Below, piece after piece: positions 38,071 to 48,394 of a stretch of 64,000 nucleotides of DNA. The notes below the pieces were generated by a model. The model did no database searches and was not told where the DNA came from. It saw only the letters and a list, made by a program, of their open reading frames with translations. A program made the translations under genes and the position numbers. Positions within the stretch are counted from its first letter, which is position 1; every line of letters starts with the position of its first letter. This stretch comes from Candidatus Tepidifontimicrobium thermophilum (GTDB lineage: Bacteria; Sysuimicrobiota; Sysuimicrobiia; Sysuimicrobiales; Sysuimicrobiaceae), in the NCBI GenBank assembly GCA_031459915.1, contig JAVKHO010000014.1, positions 16,934 to 80,933 of the forward strand. The letters run 5' to 3'.

Positions 38071-40160
38071 AGCGGGTACGAAGACTCCTCCTCGCCTGCC
38101 TGCTGGTGGCCACGACCGCGGGTCCGGCCCTGGCCCACGCGGTGCTGCAGACCTCCACGCCGGCCCACGGTGCCAGCCTGGATACCCCACCCGCGGAGGT
38201 GGTGCTGACCTTCACGGAGCCCGTGCACCCGCAGGCCAGCTCCGCACAGGTGGTAGACGCCGCGGGCCGTGTGGTCTCGGAGGGCTTCGAGGTGGTCCCA
38301 GACGGACGGACCGTGCGGGTGAAGGTGGGGCGCCTGGATCGCGGCACGTACACCGTGCGGTGGAAAGTCCTCAGCCGCCTGGACGGACACGTGACTGAGG
38401 GCCGCGTGAGCTTCGGGGTCGGCGTGGCTCCCGCTCCAGCCCCCCTGGCCTCGCAGGGTCCGCCGTGGTGGCAGGTGTTCCTGCGCTGGCTGGGCTACCT
38501 GGCAGCCCTTTCGCTAGCGGGTGCTCTCGCTTTCCAGCACTTGGTCCTGAGCGGAGCAGCTCCGGACCGGGCGGCCGAGGTCCGTCGTGTGGTGCGGGTG
38601 TCCGCGTCAGCCCTGGCCGCCGCCGCGTTGGCGGACACCCTCGCCCGCAGCGTGTGGCTGCAGTCGCCCGGACAGGGAACGTGGGCGACCCTGTGGACGC
38701 TGGTCCGGACCTCTCAAGAGGGTCCTTCCCTGCTCCTCCGCGTGGGCGCTGCGGTCCTGGCCCTAGACGCAGCACGCACCGGTTCACCATGGACGGCCGG
38801 GCTTGCGGGTGGGGCGGCGCTGCTGGGGATCACCGTCACGTCCCACGCGTGGGCCGTCGGGCCGCTGGCGGCGGCAGTAGACTGGCTGCACCTAGCCGCG
38901 GCCTCCGTGTGGGTCGGAGGGCTAGCCTGTGTGGCGGTGCTGCTTTCAGCCGCGCGGCCCCGGGACAGCACGGTACCGATTCTGCGGGCCTTCTCCCGGT
39001 GGGCGGGGTACAGCCTGGCGGTGGTGGCGGCCACCGGCGCTTACGCCGTGGTGCTGCACGTCCCCAGCTGGGACGCCCTGGCCGCGACCGGCTACGGGCG
39101 GTGGCTGGTGGCAAAGATCCTCCTGGTAGCGGTCCTGGTGGGGTTGGGTGCTTTGAACCGCTACCGGCTCCTCCCCCGGCTTGAGGTGGCTCGGGGGACC
39201 CTCCGCCGTCTGCGGCTGTCCGTGCGGGCGGAGGTCGCTGTGGCCTCGCTCGTCCTGCTGGCTGCGGGGGCCATCGCCGTGACCCCGCCCGCGCGCACCG
39301 TGCAGGCCGCGGGGAAGCAGCCCCTGGTTCTGGCCGCCCTCGCGGACTCCACCCGTGTCCTGTTGACCGTGGACCCCGGGGAGCCCGGGTGGAACCGCTT
39401 TTTGCTGGCCGTGCGGGACGCGCGGGGGAACCCTGTGCCCGTGGACCGCGTGGTGCTGCGTCTTCGGAAGCTGGACGAGGAGGGCAGCGTGCCCGCGGTG
39501 GTTCTGGAACCCAGACCGGACGGAAGCTACATTGCGGAAGGGACGCAGCTGGGTCTCGCGGGTTTCTGGGAGCTGGAGGTGGTGCTGCGGGTCCGGGGCC
39601 GGCCGGACCGGACGGTGTGGTTCCCGTTGCGGTCGGGGTCGTTCCAGCTGCGGTCGGACCTCGAGGCGTTCCGCTTCCTGCGGCGCGCCCAGGAAGCTCT
39701 GGAACGGCTCCGGACCTGGCGCGAGACGGAGCAGATCACCGACGGCGCGGGAAACGTGGTGGTCACCCGCTACACCTACCAGCGCCCGGACCGGCTGGCG
39801 TTCGAGGTGGTGGGCGGGATGCGGGGCGTGCTGATCGGGAAGGATCGGTTCGTCCGCACGGATCGAGGCTGGCAACGGGACACACTTCCGGAGGCGTTCA
39901 CCGCCCGCGGCCCGGCCCTGTACATGCAGAACCCGCTGCGGGCGGCCCTGGGAAGACAGGAGCCGTGCCCGGACGACCCCACGGAGCCCTGTCAGGCGGT
40001 GCTGTGGGACTCGCCCGACGGGCTGGCCTCCTTCGGCGCGTGGGTGGGCACGCGGACCCACCGGGTCCACCGGCTGCTCATGTGGGCGCCCGCCCACGCC
40101 ATGACCAGCGTCCTGGAGGACTTCGACGCCCCCGCAAGGGTGGAGGCCCCGGGCCCCTAG
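38067..40160 (+). CDS. CopC-CopD fusion with YtkA-like and extra C-terminal domains
   Basis: ALA|HAVL, SRLDGH, CopD motifs TSHA, DWLHLAAASVWVGGL, TGYGRWL.AK; then PGEPGWN..GFWELEV. Confidence 0.9.
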   Translation: MKRVRRLLLACLLVATTAGPALAHAVLQTSTPAHGASLDTPPAEVVLTFTEPVHPQASSAQVVDAAGRVVSEGFEVVPDGRTVRVKVGRLDRGTYTVRWKVLSRLDGHVTEGRVSFGVGVAPAPAPLASQGPPWWQVFLRWLGYLAALSLAGALAFQHLVLSGAAPDRAAEVRRVVRVSASALAAAALADTLARSVWLQSPGQGTWATLWTLVRTSQEGPSLLLRVGAAVLALDAARTGSPWTAGLAGGAALLGITVTSHAWAVGPLAAAVDWLHLAAASVWVGGLACVAVLLSAARPRDSTVPILRAFSRWAGYSLAVVAATGAYAVVLHVPSWDALAATGYGRWLVAKILLVAVLVGLGALNRYRLLPRLEVARGTLRRLRLSVRAEVAVASLVLLAAGAIAVTPPARTVQAAGKQPLVLAALADSTRVLLTVDPGEPGWNRFLLAVRDARGNPVPVDRVVLRLRKLDEEGSVPAVVLEPRPDGSYIAEGTQLGLAGFWELEVVLRVRGRPDRTVWFPLRSGSFQLRSDLEAFRFLRRAQEALERLRTWRETEQITDGAGNVVVTRYTYQRPDRLAFEVVGGMRGVLIGKDRFVRTDRGWQRDTLPEAFTARGPALYMQNPLRAALGRQEPCPDDPTEPCQAVLWDSPDGLASFGAWVGTRTHRVHRLLMWAPAHAMTSVLEDFDAPARVEAPGP

Positions 40161-40177
40161 ACCGGGCCGCGGTGGCG

Positions 40178-40216
40178 ACGTCCCTGAGGGTCAGCCTGGC
40201 TTGACCCCGGGGATGT
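40178..40216 (+). terminator. Strong hairpin after copCD (terminator or stability element)
   Basis: ACGTCCCTGAGGGTCA pairs with TGACCCCGGGGATGT (about 15 bp with G-U pairs and one bulge); no U-tract. Confidence 0.45.
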
Positions 40217-40271
40217 ACTGCGATCGGTGGCGTGAGCGTCGGTAGCGGCACCTCCCCGTGCGGGCTGCAGG

Positions 40272-40559
40272 TTGGGGGTGAGGGTGAAGGCGGCCGCCCT
40301 GCTCGGCCTGCTCCTCAGCCTGGTTCCTGCCTGTGACCGTCTGTCCAGCGCGCGGCCGGACGCCTCAGCGCTGGAGGTGCGCCGGGGCGAGCGCCGGTAC
40401 AACCAGTACTGCCTGAGTTGCCACGCTGGGCCTACGGGTGGGTCGATGATGGACTACCCGCCCCGACACAACGCGAGGGGCCACACCTGGCACCATTCCG
40501 ACTGCCAGCTCAAGGAGACCATCAAGAATGGGGGCGACGAGATGACCGCCACCAGGTGA
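40272..40559 (+). pseudogene. Truncated lipoprotein cytochrome c
   Basis: Lipobox-like VPAC, CLSCH, GHTWHHSD, but stops at GGDEMTATR* with no MP motif or final helix. Confidence 0.55.
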
Positions 40560-40588
40560 CCCAGTCCCGCTGCTAGAGGTCCGAACGC

Positions 40589-41401
40589 TTAGAACAGCTG
40601 ACACGCCAGGTAGGAGACCCGCTCCCGGGTCTCCGGGTCGAACCAAGGAGGGTCTCCCGCCTGCGCGTTCTCCACGGCCCGCTCCGGCCGCGCGGTGGCG
40701 GGGATGACCACGGAGACCCTGGGGTCGCTGGCCACCCACTTCAAGAGGGCCTGCGCCCAGCTACGCACCCCGAAGGGCTCCAGGCGCCGGAGCTCGTGCG
40801 CGGGTGGGCTTTGCCGGACCAGCTCTCCCTCCGCCAGGGGTCGCATGACGATGACTCCGATCCCGAGCTCGTGGGCGCGGGGCAGGATGTCCTGTTCGAC
40901 TTCTCGATCGACGGCGTTGTAGGGGACCTGCACGCACTGAACGCGACCGGCCTCCATCCAACGCAGGATTTCGGGGAACGCCCGGTGGCTGTAGTGGGTG
41001 ACCCCCAACGCGCGCACGCGGCCCTCCGCCCGCAGCGCTTCCAGGTACGGCAGGTGTACTTCGGCGGCCAGGAGGTTGTGCACCTGGTAGACGTCCACCC
41101 AACCCCCGTACCAGGCCAGCGCCCGCTGCACCTGCCGGCGGCCTTCCGCCGCGGAGGACGTCCACACCTTCGTAGCGATCAGGACGGACGACCGGACCGG
41201 CCGCACCGCGTCAGCCAGCACGCGCTCCGCCTGGCCGTACATGGGGGAGGTGTCGAAAAAGTCGGAACCGGCCCGGATGGCGGTCCGGACCACCTCGTGC
41301 CGGAGGGCTTCCTCGGGACCCCGCACGTCCAGGGTCCGCCAGGTGCCCATGCCGATCACGGGGACGGAAAGGCCGCTGCGGCCGAGGGGGCGGCGTTCCA
41401 C
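40589..41401 (-). CDS. Aldo/keto reductase
   Basis: IGMGTW, FDTSPMYG, IATKV, DVYQVHN, GVT, QVPYN, MRPL, VIPAT. Confidence 0.92.
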   Translation of the reverse strand: MERRPLGRSGLSVPVIGMGTWRTLDVRGPEEALRHEVVRTAIRAGSDFFDTSPMYGQAERVLADAVRPVRSSVLIATKVWTSSAAEGRRQVQRALAWYGGWVDVYQVHNLLAAEVHLPYLEALRAEGRVRALGVTHYSHRAFPEILRWMEAGRVQCVQVPYNAVDREVEQDILPRAHELGIGVIVMRPLAEGELVRQSPPAHELRRLEPFGVRSWAQALLKWVASDPRVSVVIPATARPERAVENAQAGDPPWFDPETRERVSYLACQLF

Positions 41402-41416
41402 TGCGGGCCGACCGGG

Positions 41417-41812
41417 TCAGCGCTTCGAGTACTGGAAGCCCCGCCGGGCCCGCTTGCGCCCGTACTTCTTTCGCTCCTTGGCCCGCGGGTCGCGGGTCAG
41501 CAGGCCGTGCTGCCGCAGCAGCGGCCGGAGGTTGGGGTCCACGTTTAGCAGGGCGCGGGCGATGCCGTGCCGCACCGCGTCCGCCTGGCCGGAGACCCCG
41601 CCCCCCTGCACGTTGGCGAAGACGTCGAACCGGCCCTCGAGGTCGGCCACCCGCAGCGGCTCCAGGATCCGGTACCGCCGGGCCACACCGGGGAAGTACT
41701 CCTCCAGCGGTCGGCCGTTCACCACCACCCGCCCCGACCCGGGCCGCAAAATCACCCGGGCACTGGCTTCCTTCCGCCGTCCGGTGGCCTGGGGCAGGGT
41801 CAGGGTGCTCAT
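41417..41812 (-). CDS. rpsI: 30S ribosomal protein S9
   Basis: TGRRK, GGGVSGQA, LLTRDPR.KERKKYG..ARR..QYSKR. Confidence 0.99.
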   Translation of the reverse strand: MSTLTLPQATGRRKEASARVILRPGSGRVVVNGRPLEEYFPGVARRYRILEPLRVADLEGRFDVFANVQGGGVSGQADAVRHGIARALLNVDPNLRPLLRQHGLLTRDPRAKERKKYGRKRARRGFQYSKR

Positions 41813-41830
41813 GGGGCCTCCCTCACGTTC

Positions 41831-42259
41831 CTACAGATCCAGCGGTTTCGGCTGCTGGGCCGCATGTGGGTGGTCGGGGCCGCGGTAGACCTTCAGCTTC
41901 TTCAGCATCCTGCGGCCGAGCGGGTTCTTGGGCAGCATCCGCTGCACCGCCTTCTGAAGCACCCACTCCGGCTTGCGCTCCAGCATCTGCCCGGCGGTGG
42001 CGGACTTGATCCCGCCGGGGTACCCCGAGTGCCAGTAGTACACCTTCTCCTCGCGCTTACGGCCCGTAAGCCGCACCTTCTCCGCGTTCACCACCACCAC
42101 GAAGTCGCCCCCGTCCACGTGGGGCGTGAAGGTAGGCTTGTGCTTTCCCCGAAGAATGGCGGCGATGCGGCTCGCCAGGCGCCCGAGGATTTTCCCCCGG
42201 GCGTCCACCAGGAACCACTCCCGCTGGACCTCCGACGGCTTCTGTTGGTACGTCTTCAC
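41831..42259 (-). CDS. rplM: 50S ribosomal protein L13
   Basis: [41 protein letters not shown]. Confidence 0.99.
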   Translation of the reverse strand: MKTYQQKPSEVQREWFLVDARGKILGRLASRIAAILRGKHKPTFTPHVDGGDFVVVVNAEKVRLTGRKREEKVYYWHSGYPGGIKSATAGQMLERKPEWVLQKAVQRMLPKNPLGRRMLKKLKVYRGPDHPHAAQQPKPLDL

Positions 42260-42286
42260 CGTCCGCCTCCGAACAAACCAACGGCA

Positions 42287-42315
42287 AGCCTACCATGCGC
42301 TCCCGGAGGTGTCAA
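42287..42315 (-). promoter_or_regulatory. Sigma70-type promoter of rplM-rpsI
   Basis: Minus strand TTGACA-N17-TAGGCT with an extended TG. Confidence 0.75.
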
Positions 42316-44264
42316 ACCCGGTCGGGCTCCGCCCGTTCGTCTCCTGGCCCGCACACCCGCTCCAGAGCCTCCAGCTGGGACGGTGTCCCCATGGCCACCA
42401 CCCGGTCCCCCGGCCGCAGCACCTCGTGCGGACCCGGGTTCACCACCTGCCGTCCGTCCGCGCGGCGCAGCGCCGCCAACACGCTGCCGGTACGCTCTGT
42501 GAGCCGCGCCTCCCGCAGGGACCGGCCCACCAGTCGCGGGCTCCTCACCACCACCTCCCGCGCCTCCAGTCCCTCCGGGACCCCCTCTGACCGCAGCGCC
42601 TCGGGCCAGTGGGCCCGGGCGCGCTTGAGGTACGCCCGCCCCGCCTCGTGCGGGACGCCCAGCCAGTCCAGGCTGTGGCGCACCATGGTCAGCGCCGCCT
42701 CTACCTCCGGCTGAACCACCTCGCTGGCGCCAGCTTCCAGCAGGAGTCCCCGCACGGTGGCGTGGTGCGCCCTCGCGACCACCGGGACCTGGGGGTTTGA
42801 CTGCCGTACCGCCCGGACGCAGCGCGCTGCGGCGCCTGCGTCCGGCACCGCGACCACGACGATTCGGGCGTGCCGCACGCCCGCCCGCTCCAGCGCCCGG
42901 GAGCCACCCACGTCTCCGAACACTCCCACTGCCCCGCGTGCCCGCGCTGCCTGCAACGCCTCTGGGTCCAGGTCCACCACCGCGTATCGGATCCCGAAAG
43001 CGTCCAGGGCGTCCGCCAGCTCGCGGCCCACCCTCCCGAAACCGCAGATCACCGCGTGCCCCGACAGCTCCGGCGGGGCCGGGCTCGCCCTCTCCCCTTC
43101 CCCGGTGTCCCGCTCCCGCCGCAGCCAGGAGTCCAGCCAGCGGGGCCGTCCGCGGAACACGACTGCGTTGACCAGGATGGTCAGGAGGGAGGCAGCGAGG
43201 ACCGACTGGTACGCCGCGTCGTCCACGATGCCGAGCCCGCGGGCGGTGCCCGCGATCAGGTACGAGAACTCGCCCATCTGCCCCAGGCCCAGGCCGAACA
43301 GTGCCGCCACCCGCCACGGGTACCCGAACGCGCGCGCCACCGAGGTCCACACGACGGTGCTGCCCACCACGACCACAGCGGCCACACCGAGCACCTCCGG
43401 GAGCTGCGTTGCCAGTACGTCCGGGCGCAGCAGCATCCCCACGGACACGAAGAACAGGGCCACGAACACGTCCCGGAGGGGCAGGACCCGCGCCAGGGCC
43501 TCGTGGGCGAACTCCGACTCGCTGACCACTAGACCCGCCAGGAAGGCGCCGAGGGCGGGCGACAGGCCGAGGCCAGACGCCAGGGCCCCGGTCCCGATCG
43601 CCAGGGCGACCGCGGTCACGAGGAACAGCTCCATGCTGCGGGTACGCGCCACCCGCGCCAGCAACCCGGGCACGAGCCGCCGGGCCAGCCACAGAAGGGG
43701 AGCCAGCACGGCGGCCGCCTGCAAAAGCCCCCGCACCGCGGCTGCGGAAAAGGCCTGGCCCGGCCGAAGGGCGGGCAGTAGAGCGATGAGCAAGACCGCG
43801 AGCAGGTCCTGCGCGAGGCTGACGCCCACCAGGAGCCGCCCGTGGGCGGAACCCAGTTCGTGCCGGTCCTCCAGGGACTTGAACAGCACCGCGGTGCTGG
43901 CCACGCTGATGGCGGCCCCCACCGCCACCGCCTCTGGGAGGGTCCAGCCCGTCACCGTGCCAAAGCCTACTGCCAACACTGTCACCCCGGCCATCCCGAG
44001 CGGGGTCCCGTACAGGGCCAGTCTCCGCACCCGCTGCAGGTCCGACAGCGAGAACTCCACCCCGGCGGTGAAGAGGAGCAGCACCACGCCGACCTGCGCG
44101 AACAGCTCCGACCCACGGAGCCCTCCGGTGGCCGCGCCCACCGCCAGGCCGGCCAGCACGTAGCCCACCAGGGGCGGCTGGCGCAGGGTGTGGGCGGCCA
44201 TGCCACCGGCCACCGCCGCCAGGAGCAACACGCCGAGTTCTGCCAGAAAAGACGGAGTGCTCAC
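42312..44264 (-). CDS. CPA2 cation:proton antiporter with TrkA-N/TrkA-C domains
   Basis: VLLLFTAGVEFS, SVAST, QDLLAV, LGAFLAG, PLRDVF..FFVSVG, QMGEFS, ICGFGRVG. Confidence 0.92.
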   Translation of the reverse strand: MSTPSFLAELGVLLLAAVAGGMAAHTLRQPPLVGYVLAGLAVGAATGGLRGSELFAQVGVVLLLFTAGVEFSLSDLQRVRRLALYGTPLGMAGVTVLAVGFGTVTGWTLPEAVAVGAAISVASTAVLFKSLEDRHELGSAHGRLLVGVSLAQDLLAVLLIALLPALRPGQAFSAAAVRGLLQAAAVLAPLLWLARRLVPGLLARVARTRSMELFLVTAVALAIGTGALASGLGLSPALGAFLAGLVVSESEFAHEALARVLPLRDVFVALFFVSVGMLLRPDVLATQLPEVLGVAAVVVVGSTVVWTSVARAFGYPWRVAALFGLGLGQMGEFSYLIAGTARGLGIVDDAAYQSVLAASLLTILVNAVVFRGRPRWLDSWLRRERDTGEGERASPAPPELSGHAVICGFGRVGRELADALDAFGIRYAVVDLDPEALQAARARGAVGVFGDVGGSRALERAGVRHARIVVVAVPDAGAAARCVRAVRQSNPQVPVVARAHHATVRGLLLEAGASEVVQPEVEAALTMVRHSLDWLGVPHEAGRAYLKRARAHWPEALRSEGVPEGLEAREVVVRSPRLVGRSLREARLTERTGSVLAALRRADGRQVVNPGPHEVLRPGDRVVAMGTPSQLEALERVCGPGDERAEPDRV

Positions 44265-44324
44265 GATATGGCCCCGGACCGCTCCAGCTCCCCTGGGAAC
44301 CTCACGGCCTGTGCGAACGAGATG

Positions 44325-45056
44325 CTACCGTTCCAGGCGTGCCCACCGGTACGTGAGGGCGCCCGTGTACGCGGGCAGCCGCAGGTCTTCCCGGCGCCGG
44401 ACCCGCACGTCCACCCCCACTGCCCGGAGCCCTTCCACGAAGCCACCCCGCGCCCGCAGGCTGGCCTCCATGGCGTCTGCGGGTCCGATGGCCGCCACCA
44501 CGTAAGGTGGACGTACCACTGCCCCGTCCACCACGATCCGCCGGCCCGACTGCCTGTAGGCGGACCGGCTCAGCACCCGCCGGCCGTTTACCGCCACCGC
44601 CTCGGCCCCGGCTCCCCACAGCTCGTTCACCAAGCCGGCCAAGTCCAGAGCCTGCACCTCCGCGGGTACGGGCAGCTGCGGGGCGGCGCCGGGGACGAGC
44701 ACCACCTCGATCCCGGGACCCCGCACGGGCTCCAGCCCCAGAACCATCCGGTACAGGCGGATTTCCTCCAGCAGAGCCTGCGTGAGGGTCCTCCCCTGCT
44801 CGGTCAGCCGTTCGTACTCCGCCAGACGGGACCGCAGGCGGGCCAGCTCCGCCTCCAGGACGGCCCGGTTCGCTTCCGCGCGGGCCACCAGGGCCGCCAG
44901 CTCCTCGGCCCGCTGGACCGGGGGTGCAGGCGGCCGTACCTGCACGGCGCTGCGGGCGTGGACCACCACCGCGAAGCCCACCAGCGCCGCCACCGCCGCC
45001 AGGAGGCCGGGCACGGGGTCCAGGGGGTTCCGATGGCCGCCCGCAGAGTCCCTCAC
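44325..45056 (-). CDS. DUF881 family protein
   Basis: TM helix plus coiled coil, G..PVRGPG, VNELWGAGAEAVAVNG.R, PYVVAAIG. Confidence 0.88.
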   Translation of the reverse strand: MRDSAGGHRNPLDPVPGLLAAVAALVGFAVVVHARSAVQVRPPAPPVQRAEELAALVARAEANRAVLEAELARLRSRLAEYERLTEQGRTLTQALLEEIRLYRMVLGLEPVRGPGIEVVLVPGAAPQLPVPAEVQALDLAGLVNELWGAGAEAVAVNGRRVLSRSAYRQSGRRIVVDGAVVRPPYVVAAIGPADAMEASLRARGGFVEGLRAVGVDVRVRRREDLRLPAYTGALTYRWARLER

Positions 45057-45081
45057 GGCCCCAGGCTACCACGGGCCGGGG

Positions 45082-45108
45082 TTAGCACTCTGCACCTGCG
45101 AGTGCTAA
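45082..45108. promoter_or_regulatory. CIRCE element (HrcA operator)
   Basis: Perfect TTAGCACTC-N9-GAGTGCTAA, overlapping a TGnTAAAAT -10 upstream of groEL. Confidence 0.97.
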
Positions 45109-45141
45109 AATTGGGGGCGATCCAGTCCAAAACCCATGTAA

Positions 45142-46782
<1,641 letters not shown>

Positions 46783-46801
46783 CCCGCACCCCGGGGATCG
46801 T

Positions 46802-46840
46802 CCGCGGGGTCGGAGCGGTGCTCCGGCCCCGCGGTTTTTT
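46802..46840 (+). terminator. Rho-independent terminator of groEL
   Basis: CCGCGGGGTCGGAGC-GGT-GCTCCGGCCCCGCGG followed by TTTTTT. Confidence 0.9.
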
Positions 46841-48282
46841 CACAAGAGCTTCCCCGGGTTCAGGATCCCCTTCGGGTCCAGCGCCTGCTTGATCCCCCGC
46901 AGCACGTCCAGCCCCGTCCCCAGGGCCTCGGGCACCAGGTGGCGGAGCTTGACCCCTGCGCCGTGGCAGTACTCGAGCCCGCCCCCCGCGCGTAACGCGC
47001 GGCGCAGGAGCCAGTCGCTCACCTCCGCGAGGCGGCGCCGATCAGCTTCCGCCGCGGGGTCGCCGTCCGGGTCTGCGTACGCCACACTCACCAGCTCGGG
47101 GCAACCCCACAGGCCGAACTCCGCCAGCCGGTACCCCTCCCGGGAAAGGCGTTCGAACGCCAGTCGCCGGAACTCCAGGACCCCGCTCGCGGGCAGGGAC
47201 ACGCACAGGTAGTCGAACAGCCGGCCCCACCGCGCCCGCACCCGGGCGTCCGGCTGGGCCCGCACGCGCCGCGCGAACTCCCGTCCAGGCTGGTGGCGCG
47301 TCCGCCAGAACCCCGCCGCGTCCTCGTCCGGCAGTCTCTGCGCGGCCTGCTTCTCCGCGATCCGCAGGCAGCGATCCACAGCCGCTTCCACTACCTCCCG
47401 GGGGCCGTCGAAGCCCACGTACGCGGTGGTCTCCGTGCGAAACCCACCGGGTGCCGCTTCTCCGGTCCCGGGTTCCTCCCCCACGTCCAGGACCGCGGGC
47501 TGTAGCCTTGCTTCTACCAGGGCGACCACCCAGGCCCACGCGTCCTCGAAGCGGCGGAAGCGCAGGGCTACCAGCCGCTCCGCCTCCGGTTTCGGCCACG
47601 CCCGCAGCACCGCCGCGGTCACCACGCCCAGGGTGCCCTCCGACCCGCAGAACAGCCGGTGCAGCTCCGGCCCGGGGCCCGGTGCCGGCACCGAGGGCGT
47701 CCGCACCAGTCGGCCGCCTGCCAGCACCACTTCCAGTCCCAGCACCTGGTCCGCCATGCGGCCGTAACCGCCCACCCGGTAGCCGGCGCCGTTGGTGGAG
47801 ATCGCGCCTCCTACGGTGGCCACGTGCACGCTCCACGGGTCGTGGGCGAAGAACAGCCCGTGGGGATCCAGGGCTTCGCCCAGATCCGACAGCAGCACGC
47901 CCGCCTCGGCCTCCACCGTGCGGTCTTCCCGGCTCACCCTGCGGATCCGGTTCAGCCCCCTGAGGTCCAGGGTCACCGCGCCGGCCACCGCCACCGCGCC
48001 GCCCATTACCCCGCTTCCACCGCCGAAGGGGACCACGGGGACGCCCTCCTCGTGCGCCCACTCCAGCAGCCTGCACACGTCGTCCACGGTCGTGGCGCGG
48101 ACTACCGCCGCGGGGAGGGCTTCCGCCTGGAAGCCGGACCGGTACGCCCTAGCGGCCGCCAGGGCGTCCGCGGCGTAGCGGGCTAGCTCCTCGGGATCCG
48201 TGAGGACTCGGCCGGGAAGGCGCCGGGCGAGGGCCTGCTGCAGGTCCGTACATGACGAGGGGTCGTTGTGGGGTCTGGACAC
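46840..48282 (-). CDS. FAD-binding oxidoreductase (GlcD / alkyl-DHAP synthase-like)
   Basis: PFGGGSG, HDPWS..ATVGG, GSEGTLG, YCHGAG, ALDPKGILNPGK. Confidence 0.88.
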   Translation of the reverse strand: MSRPHNDPSSCTDLQQALARRLPGRVLTDPEELARYAADALAAARAYRSGFQAEALPAAVVRATTVDDVCRLLEWAHEEGVPVVPFGGGSGVMGGAVAVAGAVTLDLRGLNRIRRVSREDRTVEAEAGVLLSDLGEALDPHGLFFAHDPWSVHVATVGGAISTNGAGYRVGGYGRMADQVLGLEVVLAGGRLVRTPSVPAPGPGPELHRLFCGSEGTLGVVTAAVLRAWPKPEAERLVALRFRRFEDAWAWVVALVEARLQPAVLDVGEEPGTGEAAPGGFRTETTAYVGFDGPREVVEAAVDRCLRIAEKQAAQRLPDEDAAGFWRTRHQPGREFARRVRAQPDARVRARWGRLFDYLCVSLPASGVLEFRRLAFERLSREGYRLAEFGLWGCPELVSVAYADPDGDPAAEADRRRLAEVSDWLLRRALRAGGGLEYCHGAGVKLRHLVPEALGTGLDVLRGIKQALDPKGILNPGKLL

Positions 48283-48394
48283 GGTCTCACCTCCCCCAGC
48301 AATGTTACTCCCAAGCCTGCTTGCGGGACGCGCCTGTGGAGGCGCTCGCGCGAGGTCGCGGTGCCCCCGGCGCTCAGCGGACCGCTGGGCTGTC

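Noticed and set aside
40557..40592. Selenocysteine or readthrough at the cytochrome TGA
   Set aside because: Readthrough gives only PSPAARGPNA* and does not restore the missing cytochrome motif.
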